Shown: piece by piece, positions 13,430-20,000 of the stretch
Numbering within the stretch: the first letter of the stretch is position 1
Layout: every line of letters starts with the position of its first letter
IMG/VR virus record: IMGVR_UViG_3300049489_000353
Length of the DNA stretch: 20,000 nucleotides
Direction: 5' to 3' (one strand)
From: an uncultured virus (IMG/VR IMGVR_UViG_3300049489_000353)
Taxonomy: Duplodnaviria; Heunggongvirae; Uroviricota; Caudoviricetes
Made by a program: the position numbers and the translations under genes
The notes under the pieces: model-generated
The model's input: the letters and a program-made list of their open reading frames with translations, nothing else
Database searches by the model: none
What the model was told of the DNA's origin: nothing

Positions 13430-13462
13430 GAAAAACCCCAGGTGCTGTGCCTGGGGTTTTTC
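13430..13462. terminator. bidirectional intrinsic terminator
   Basis: GAAAAACCCCAGG-TGCTGTG-CCTGGGGTTTTTC between convergent genes. Confidence 0.88.
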
Positions 13463-13482
13463 GTTTCTATTGTATTTTCGCT

Positions 13483-14526
13483 TTATTGAAGCTGATCAAG
13501 AACATCATCATCTGCGATAACGAAGATGTCATCGCCAAGGACGCTTAAGATTTGGTTTGCGTCAAGGCGATCTTGACCTTCTTCGGATGTCTCGCCGCGT
13601 GCTGTTGGTGAAACGAATTGGCTATCTTTGTTCAAGAAAGCTTTTTTCATACGACGAAGATATCTTTGAATAACGGGATTATGCTCGAAGTATCTCTTGA
13701 GAGCGTCTTTACCTTGCTTCAAAATTTCTTCTGGTATAACAGCGAATCCATGCTCTCTGATGAACTTCGAAACGGCTGCGGTATCTGCTACATCAACGCC
13801 AGCGGCTATAATGTCTTGGTCAGTTATTGATGTGTCTTTGATTTGTAGTCTGTCTTTTGCTGGGGCTTCGCGGCTTCTGTCAAGCGACTGCATTCCGGCT
13901 GCAAGTTTGTCAAATATTGAAGGATCGACTTTGTATGTATTCTTATCTTTGAGTGGTGTGTCTCGGGATATGGTAATGATTTTACTTGATGGATCGACTT
14001 TTGCGTGTTTTTTGTCTAAAATAAATGAGGTCATTTTCTTTCCAGAAACACGAATTTGTCTTGGGTCATCGTCTTGTACAGTATATCCTAAACGATATTG
14101 GATAATATTATCAGCACCAACATTTTTATCAATAAATGCGCGATCTGTTATGATTTCCGAAATTTGTAAACGCTGAACAGTTGATGGGTCAATCTCGTTA
14201 CCCTTATTGGTTATGAGTTTTCCGTTTGCTACTTGAACACCATTTGGTAATTTTTTACTCTTTACATATCTCTTTAATTTTCCGTCTTGTAAGGTATATA
14301 GTGCGTAGAATTCGCCGCTTTGGAGTGCTGCTTGTATTTTAGACGGATCTGTTTCGTCGCGGACAATACGAACGTTGATGATGTTTTCTGGTCCAAATTT
14401 TGCGGTGCCTGCTTGTATGTCGGTTACATCTGGTGCCACCTTGCTGGTCTTATCTTCAAATTCGTTGACTGCAAATTCCGATTCATACAGTTTAACCAAT
14501 TTATTCAAAAGATTATCATAGGACAT
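13483..14526 (-). CDS. hypothetical late protein (possible internal head protein)
   Basis: Start reassigned to MSYDNLL at 14526 with AGGAG RBS; minus-strand TATAAATA at 14544-14551. Confidence 0.8.
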   Translation of the reverse strand: MSYDNLLNKLVKLYESEFAVNEFEDKTSKVAPDVTDIQAGTAKFGPENIINVRIVRDETDPSKIQAALQSGEFYALYTLQDGKLKRYVKSKKLPNGVQVANGKLITNKGNEIDPSTVQRLQISEIITDRAFIDKNVGADNIIQYRLGYTVQDDDPRQIRVSGKKMTSFILDKKHAKVDPSSKIITISRDTPLKDKNTYKVDPSIFDKLAAGMQSLDRSREAPAKDRLQIKDTSITDQDIIAAGVDVADTAAVSKFIREHGFAVIPEEILKQGKDALKRYFEHNPVIQRYLRRMKKAFLNKDSQFVSPTARGETSEEGQDRLDANQILSVLGDDIFVIADDDVLDQLQ

Positions 14527-14543
14527 AAAACACTCCTGTTCTT

Positions 14544-14560
14544 TATTTATATTATAAATA
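14544..14560. promoter_or_regulatory. back-to-back divergent late promoters
   Basis: TATTTATA(14544-14551)-T-TATAAATA(14553-14560). Confidence 0.75.
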
Positions 14561-14567
14561 CAATTAT

Positions 14568-14975
14568 ATGCGATCAGAAGTTGACTATCGCAAAAAAATA
14601 ACGGACTTGGATTATAATTCTGTCGCATTATCACTAGCTACTGGTGGGGGAATGATTTTTGATCATGGCATTATGTCGGAAATTGTCATCTATACACCCA
14701 AAATAAACATGGACACGCTGTTTTTAGAAAAGAAGTTTTTAACCTATTGGATAGAGACGGCTTCACTATTCGAGCTTTATAATAAAATTTGGGACTTGCA
14801 AGAAGAGATGAATGTAGGCGAGCAGCAATGTGCGTACCTTGAAGAAGAGGTTAATAAGGCTATTATAAAAAATACGAAAAATAAAAAGAAAGCTGCTAAA
14901 ATGAATGACGAGCAGCCGCCCATGGACGATGAAGAAGACTCTGTGGAGCCAGAAAATCCAAGTGATGACGAATAA
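14568..14975 (+). CDS. hypothetical protein with acidic C-terminus
   Basis: 135-aa ORF directly after a late promoter. Confidence 0.7.
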   Translation: MRSEVDYRKKITDLDYNSVALSLATGGGMIFDHGIMSEIVIYTPKINMDTLFLEKKFLTYWIETASLFELYNKIWDLQEEMNVGEQQCAYLEEEVNKAIIKNTKNKKKAAKMNDEQPPMDDEEDSVEPENPSDDE

Positions 14976-15008
14976 CATCATATAAATACCATTATTAAGG
15001 AGTTACTT

Positions 15009-15503
15009 ATGAGTCTTGTTACCGAATATCGTAAGCAAATTAAAGAGAAGTTGGGATTGAAGGAAGAAGATCCTGCCATGGTTGGATCACCATCAGCCGC
15101 AAATCCATCCGATCAAATGGGTGGAATGGACATGATGGACGAGACTACCCTTAATACCATGTTGGAATTGTTAACAAAGGAAATCGCCAAGCGCGAAGCC
15201 GTTGGTGAAACCGATGACTTGAATGTTGACACCAAAGCGGCTGGTGCTGGTGGCGCACCATCTGCTCCAGCAGCCCCAGCCATTCCCGGTGCTGCACCAG
15301 CGCCTGGTGCCGCTGCTGGTAATATGAACGAAGCTGAAATGTTAGCTGACGATGTGTTCTTCGAAATGCTCAACACATTCAAAACAAATATTGCGAATTG
15401 TGAAGACGCCAACCGTAAGAATATGCTCCGTAAGTGCTACGAGACATGCTACGCATTCCGTGAGAAGTTCATCAAGGAAATGGTAACCCCAGACGAACAG
15501 TAA
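15009..15503 (+). CDS. hypothetical late protein with Ala/Pro linker
   Basis: TATAAATA 14981-14988, AAGGAG RBS. Confidence 0.85.
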   Translation: MSLVTEYRKQIKEKLGLKEEDPAMVGSPSAANPSDQMGGMDMMDETTLNTMLELLTKEIAKREAVGETDDLNVDTKAAGAGGAPSAPAAPAIPGAAPAPGAAAGNMNEAEMLADDVFFEMLNTFKTNIANCEDANRKNMLRKCYETCYAFREKFIKEMVTPDEQ

Positions 15504-15527
15504 GTTTCTAAAAAATTAATATACAAG

Positions 15528-15558
15528 AAAACCCCTTATAGAAAATAAGGGGTTTTTT
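15528..15558 (+). terminator. intrinsic terminator
   Basis: AAAACCCCTTAT-AGAAA-ATAAGGGGTTTTTT. Confidence 0.85.
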
Positions 15559-15583
15559 GTTATACTATGCGAAAGGAATTTAT

Positions 15584-16000
15584 ATGTCTGACCAACCAAA
15601 GCAACCACTCAACATCCAAGATCATGTCAATAACCAAAAAGCGGCTATTGTTGCGAGAGCGCAAGAGTTGGTGAATGTCTCAACCAATATCGTAGATTCG
15701 TGGCTCCAGAACTTCATGGTAACCGAGAAAATAAAGTCTCGTCGTACTGAACAAGTGAACCAAGTCTTAGGATTTATTAATCAATTGGCAAATGAAGGGC
15801 TAATGCCACTCAATCAATTGGGTAACGAAGTGAAGGATCCAACAGTATCGAATAAAATCTTGGAATGTAACAACGTATTGATGAATGCTGCAAGAAACTT
15901 GCTGACCACTATACAGTCACAAGAAGATGCTTTCCAGAAGGAAATAGCACAAATGACCCAACCACAAGGCAAAACGGAAGTAAAAGTAACCGAAGCTTAA
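15584..16000 (+). CDS. hypothetical helical protein
   Basis: AAGGA RBS, TGtTATACT upstream; start MSDQPK. Confidence 0.8.
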   Translation: MSDQPKQPLNIQDHVNNQKAAIVARAQELVNVSTNIVDSWLQNFMVTEKIKSRRTEQVNQVLGFINQLANEGLMPLNQLGNEVKDPTVSNKILECNNVLMNAARNLLTTIQSQEDAFQKEIAQMTQPQGKTEVKVTEA

Positions 16001-16024
16001 TATAAATAGTTGTTGGAGATTTAT

Positions 16025-16372
16025 ATGGCACCTATCGATATGTTTAAAAAGTCAATTCGTGAGTCATTGTATGGACAGGTATCTGAAAAAATAGATCCCA
16101 AGGTCAACGAATTGGCGGGCGCACTTATAGCCGCTGGTCCACAAAAAACTGGTGAAGCAATTAGTAAAATGGATCCAGGCGTATTTGCTGAATTCTGCTC
16201 GAAGATCGATGCAGATGGCATATTGAAGGTAACTCAACAATTCGCTACAACAGCCCCAGCAGCCGCGCCAGCAGCTACACCAGATGCTGGGGCTGCACCA
16301 GCAGCACCCGGCGCAGCAGCACCAGCTACTCCAGCCGCACCACCAGCAGAACCTAAATTAGCCGGTCTGTAA
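16025..16372 (+). CDS. hypothetical late protein with Ala/Pro-rich tail
   Basis: TATAAATA 16001-16008, GGAG RBS. Confidence 0.8.
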   Translation: MAPIDMFKKSIRESLYGQVSEKIDPKVNELAGALIAAGPQKTGEAISKMDPGVFAEFCSKIDADGILKVTQQFATTAPAAAPAATPDAGAAPAAPGAAAPATPAAPPAEPKLAGL

Positions 16373-16413
16373 TTTTCTGTTGCGGTCTAAAATAGTACAT
16401 TAAACTGTCATCT

Positions 16414-16779
16414 ATGAAGCGTGGTTTAGTTGTCATTCCTTTTTGTAAGGAATATGAAAAAATCGTAAATTTATATAATAGAATCGTATTAACCAACGAT
16501 GTTACATATATTGGTATTGAATCCTATAATTTTGAAACTTTTGAGAGATACAATTATATGCTGTCCGAATATAAAAGATATCTCGCTTTAAATCATCCAT
16601 ATATTTTCTGCAATTTTAAGATCAATAATGTAAAAAATCGCAGAGAATTTTTAGATTTGGCAACGAAAGCGAATTATTATAAACTTGGTTTGATTATTGA
16701 CATGAATGATACAGATCGTATAATCGGATCATCATTAGATTATGATGAAGGATTTGACCAAATAATCATTAGGACATAA
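16414..16779 (+). CDS. hypothetical protein
   Basis: 121-aa ORF abutting the next gene. Confidence 0.7.
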   Translation: MKRGLVVIPFCKEYEKIVNLYNRIVLTNDVTYIGIESYNFETFERYNYMLSEYKRYLALNHPYIFCNFKINNVKNRREFLDLATKANYYKLGLIIDMNDTDRIIGSSLDYDEGFDQIIIRT

Positions 16780-17184
16780 ATGGCACGCACACGATCAACA
16801 ATTTTTAGACCTATACTCGGCGGTATATATACTGTCAGAAATATAGAAACAAACGAAGAAAAGCCTTGTCAAGTCCTTCGTTTAAAAGATGGTGAAAAAT
16901 ACGGACCAGTTCGATCAGGTAAGATTTGTGTGCGTGGCGAAGAATATTTTAAAGTTTTTATTGATGGTGTCGTACATAAAATGGGAAATAGTTTGTTACA
17001 TAAAATAAGTGTCAGCGAAGATGGTAAGTGGGAATTTTTGGATAAGAAACTACCAGCTATACTAAAAGAAAAAGTTGTAAAAGTTGTTGAGAAAAAGTAT
17101 ATTCCGAAAATAGCCATGAAGCCAAAGAACGATCATATCGAATTCATTTCCGAACCAGCCTTAACAAAGATTTTAGGAGCGTAA
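16780..17184 (+). CDS. hypothetical protein
   Basis: AGGA RBS, operon packing. Confidence 0.75.
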   Translation: MARTRSTIFRPILGGIYTVRNIETNEEKPCQVLRLKDGEKYGPVRSGKICVRGEEYFKVFIDGVVHKMGNSLLHKISVSEDGKWEFLDKKLPAILKEKVVKVVEKKYIPKIAMKPKNDHIEFISEPALTKILGA

Positions 17185-17185
17185 G

Positions 17186-17524
17186 ATGAGCATCTTTCTC
17201 GCCATATGTCCCGTATTAGGAAAAGAAGTCCATGTCAGATGGCGCGGTCACGATACCATTGATGCCGCTTCTAAGGAAATGGCTTCGTTGCGAAAGCTTC
17301 TATTGGGTCAAGGTAAGAAACCATATGATTGCTACATTTATGAAGCCGAGGCTCCACCGTGGGGTTTGAAGGCGCATGAATTAGATGACGTAGACATGAA
17401 CTTCTACGAAGAATCAGCACCAGCAGATATCGAGCAGACCAAGAAAGTCTTGGATAAAGCCATCTATGAAGTTGGTGTGCTAGCCGAAGCCGAACGCAAA
17501 GGTGAATTTAAGGACAACAAGTAA
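17186..17524 (+). CDS. hypothetical protein
   Basis: AGGAG RBS, operon packing. Confidence 0.78.
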   Translation: MSIFLAICPVLGKEVHVRWRGHDTIDAASKEMASLRKLLLGQGKKPYDCYIYEAEAPPWGLKAHELDDVDMNFYEESAPADIEQTKKVLDKAIYEVGVLAEAERKGEFKDNK

Positions 17525-18054
17525 TGCTACAAGCAACGAATTATCTCAACGGAAAAGTCGCGTACCTGTGTGGACCAATCCATGCCGTAGCCGATGATGG
17601 GGTTGGTTGGCGCGATGCCATTACCCCACGCTTAAAGAATTTTGGGATCATCGTTGATGATCCCTGTAAAAAGACAGTAAACGGGATGGGTGAAGTAAAA
17701 GACGATAAAAAGATGCTTATTGAATTGATGAAAACTGGTGATTTCGGTCAAGTAAAAAAGAAATTCTATCCAATCGTCCGAAAGGACTTACGAGCCGTAG
17801 ATAAAGCAGACTTTTTAATCGTCGTGTATGACCCAACCATTCATATCTTTGGTACGATACATGAAATGATCATCGCTAGCCAGCAAAGAAAACCAATACT
17901 TCTATTTTTCGATAAGGCGAAGATAGATAAATTCAACCCATGGTGTTTGACACTTGTAAAAGAAAACATGATTTTCACCGAATGGGATGATATGTTCGCA
18001 TATCTCAATAAGATTGATTTAGGCGAATTCGACACAAGTTACTGGACACTCTAA
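17524..18054 (+). CDS. nucleoside 2-deoxyribosyltransferase/N-hydrolase-like protein
   Basis: AYLCGPI...WR...DP...DLRAVDKADFLIV...GTIHE...KPI. Confidence 0.78.
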   Translation: MLQATNYLNGKVAYLCGPIHAVADDGVGWRDAITPRLKNFGIIVDDPCKKTVNGMGEVKDDKKMLIELMKTGDFGQVKKKFYPIVRKDLRAVDKADFLIVVYDPTIHIFGTIHEMIIASQQRKPILLFFDKAKIDKFNPWCLTLVKENMIFTEWDDMFAYLNKIDLGEFDTSYWTL

Positions 18055-18063
18055 AGGAACCCT

Positions 18064-18258
18064 ATGACAAAGAAACTTTCAAAAAAAGAGCTGTGGGAAA
18101 TTAAGTTAAGAAACTATAATTTCTTTGCGGCTTGGTTTAAAGATATTCAAGACGAATTTCTTGCAGAGGCTAGGAAAGCAAAGTGCAAGTTCGACCATCC
18201 AAAAGATATCCCGCTGATGATGGCGGGTATTAAGAAAACCACCAAAGGAAACCCATGA
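18064..18258 (+). CDS. hypothetical protein
   Basis: AAGGA RBS, ATGA overlap with the next gene. Confidence 0.7.
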   Translation: MTKKLSKKELWEIKLRNYNFFAAWFKDIQDEFLAEARKAKCKFDHPKDIPLMMAGIKKTTKGNP

Positions 18259-18446
18259 AACTCAAGACAACCAAAAACCTCACAGTTGAAGTTACACCAG
18301 AGGAAATTCTATCACTTCTCACACGCCTCGTTGAGAAGAAATCTGGTAAGAAAGTAAGTCATGCTGGTGTATCTACCGATGGTACATATGTACTTGAACT
18401 TGTGCCAGAAGAAGAAGTCACCAACCTTGACGAACCAAAAGCTTAA
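18255..18446 (+). CDS. hypothetical protein
   Basis: AAGGA RBS, operon packing. Confidence 0.72.
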   Translation: MKLKTTKNLTVEVTPEEILSLLTRLVEKKSGKKVSHAGVSTDGTYVLELVPEEEVTNLDEPKA

Positions 18447-18454
18447 GGAGCGTT

Positions 18455-18973
18455 ATGAATTACCTCAAAGGCAAAACAGTTTATCTCTGTGGAGCGATGT
18501 CTGCTGTTGCTGATGACGGTAAACAGTGGCGCGAATATGTTACGAGCCTTTTAAAGCAAAAGGGTGTTCATGTTTTAGATCCAACGAGAAAGAAGTCTCG
18601 GTGTGCATCTGAAATAGATGAAAACAAAGAGTTGTTTAGAAAATTAGTCAAAGAACAAAATTTCGAACAGCTTGCTGATGTGTTTGCGCCCGTAGCCAGG
18701 TGGGATTTACGAAGCGTCGATAAGGCGGATTTTTTAATCGTCAATTATGATCCATCGGTACATACAGTCGGTACTATCGATGAGATTGTCGTTGCAAACT
18801 TCGAACGAAAACCTATCCTTGTGCGCTATGATCCGGCGCAGCTTGACAAGTTCAATCCTTGGCTCGTTGTGCGAATTAAACCAAAACATTTATTCCCATC
18901 GTGGAGCAAGCTTTTCGAACATTTAGATGTTGTAGATAGCGGAACCTTCGACCGAAGCCTCTGGACAATATAA
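18455..18973 (+). CDS. nucleoside 2-deoxyribosyltransferase/N-hydrolase-like protein (paralog)
   Basis: VYLCGAM...WR...DP...DLRSVDKADFLIV...GTIDE...KPI. Confidence 0.78.
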   Translation: MNYLKGKTVYLCGAMSAVADDGKQWREYVTSLLKQKGVHVLDPTRKKSRCASEIDENKELFRKLVKEQNFEQLADVFAPVARWDLRSVDKADFLIVNYDPSVHTVGTIDEIVVANFERKPILVRYDPAQLDKFNPWLVVRIKPKHLFPSWSKLFEHLDVVDSGTFDRSLWTI

Positions 18974-18983
18974 AAGGACACTT

Positions 18984-19484
18984 ATGTGGAACTACAGAAT
19001 AGTCAGAAAAGAATTTAAAAATCACCGAAACCAAGTCGAGTATACATACGGTATACATGAAGCATTCATGGATAAAAACGGCAAGGTGGTTACCGTTACC
19101 CAAGATGCTATCGAGCCGTTTGGGCAAACCGTAGCCGAGTTGCGAAATTCGTGGTTTATGATGATGGAAGCATTTGGGCAACCTATATTGGACTACAACA
19201 AGATTCCAGAAGAAGGACATGACAAAAAAGATCCATTGGTCGATACCACAGCACCAGTAATAGAAGGTGAAGAAAAAGAAGAATTCGTTGATATTCTTTC
19301 AGATTATAAGAAAATAGATTGGAACGAATTTCATAAGGAAGAAGAAGCCGAGCGGCTGCGTTGTGAAAATGAGCATAATGCAAATTTAGAACCAATGAAG
19401 AAGCTTGAAGATATCTTTAGATATATTCACACCAAGTATCTTGACCATAAGGAAACACAGGATGCCATACATAAAGCAGAATGA
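18984..19484 (+). CDS. hypothetical phage protein (MWNYRIV...YGIHE type)
   Basis: AAGGA RBS; 166-aa ORF. Confidence 0.78.
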   Translation: MWNYRIVRKEFKNHRNQVEYTYGIHEAFMDKNGKVVTVTQDAIEPFGQTVAELRNSWFMMMEAFGQPILDYNKIPEEGHDKKDPLVDTTAPVIEGEEKEEFVDILSDYKKIDWNEFHKEEEAERLRCENEHNANLEPMKKLEDIFRYIHTKYLDHKETQDAIHKAE

Positions 19485-19755
19485 TCGAATAAAATTTTCC
19501 CCAAGTATAAGTAATTTGGCACATGATGCTGAAAATGCTGGGGATCTAAATTTCATCCTTACAAGCATTATTCATACCTATCTTAAGAAAAAAGGTATTA
19601 AGTACGCCAATATAAATGAGGTTATTGGTATGTTGGAATGCTGCAAGCTTGAGCTATATAGGAAAATCGCAGCACCATATGAAGATATAAAAATTCAAGA
19701 GAATGGTGATGTTCTTATTATCCATCCCGATGATTTGACGGGGCAGAAATACTAA
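19462..19755 (+). CDS. DUF6899-like conserved phage protein
   Basis: MPYIK...AGDLNF...YANINEVIGMLECCKLELYRK..APYEDIKIQENGDV; AAGGA RBS. Family name is recalled, not searched. Confidence 0.65.
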   Translation: MPYIKQNDRIKFSPSISNLAHDAENAGDLNFILTSIIHTYLKKKGIKYANINEVIGMLECCKLELYRKIAAPYEDIKIQENGDVLIIHPDDLTGQKY

Positions 19756-20000
19756 TGTCATCGATTCTAACCAGTAAGAATAATTTACTACAATTACCCA
19801 TTAAGTTGAATAAGCTTTCTGCTGGTGAGCAAATTGTAGCTACAGATGCGTACATTGGTATGCTTTATATCGAGGAATCTTCAGAAACGGTGCATGATCT
19901 TTCTGAACTGGATCAAGATAAGTTACCAAACGGAACGCCGCTTATTGTCAAGTATGTCGAAGATATGCGCAGCATCGAAGGAGTCAACGATGTTGCGAAA
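19755..20000 (+). CDS. hypothetical protein, 5' part (runs off window)
   Basis: TAATG overlap; open frame MSSILTSKNNLLQLPIKL... to the window end. Confidence 0.7.
   Translation, partial: MSSILTSKNNLLQLPIKLNKLSAGEQIVATDAYIGMLYIEESSETVHDLSELDQDKLPNGTPLIVKYVEDMRSIEGVNDVAK

Noticed and set aside
14527..14634. Upstream extension of the minus-strand 383-aa ORF
   Set aside because: Overlaps the divergent promoters and the + strand gene; RBS and late promoter support ATG 14526.
15236..16350. GC-rich GCACCAGC-type repeats
   Set aside because: Explained by Ala/Pro-rich linkers in two proteins, not a DNA repeat element.
10048..19568. Antisense and alternative-frame ORFs overlapping the called genes
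   Set aside because: Opposite or out of frame to motif-bearing or well-punctuated genes; no independent support.
1..20000. Stop-codon reassignment
   Set aside because: Genes are intact and tightly packed under the standard code; no CTA or TCA anticodon tRNA was found.

Overview
Fragment of a large (jumbo/huge, T4-like) bacteriophage genome; the phage origin is inferred from gene content and repeated TATAAATA late-promoter boxes. Positions ~2200-9530 hold a dense + strand RNA array: about 36 tRNA genes (29 anticodons, 17 amino acids; none for Gly, Cys or Tyr), an RNase P RNA, two HNH endonuclease genes, several non-canonical or circularly permuted tRNA-like RNAs and two families of repeated RNA scaffolds that carry tRNA parts. 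The strongest finding is just upstream of the array. A 42-codon leader ORF (1912-2040, missed by the ORF track) overlaps an antiterminator that competes with an intrinsic terminator, and 39 of its 41 elongation codons are read by tRNAs of this array. This suggests a ribosome-coupled attenuator that switches the array on when any of these tRNAs is depleted. Downstream lie SET-domain, Pth2-like, HAD, metallophosphoesterase, ART-like, putative virion-internal and two nucleoside deoxyribosyltransferase-like genes. All calls were made by eye; no searches or folding programs were run.
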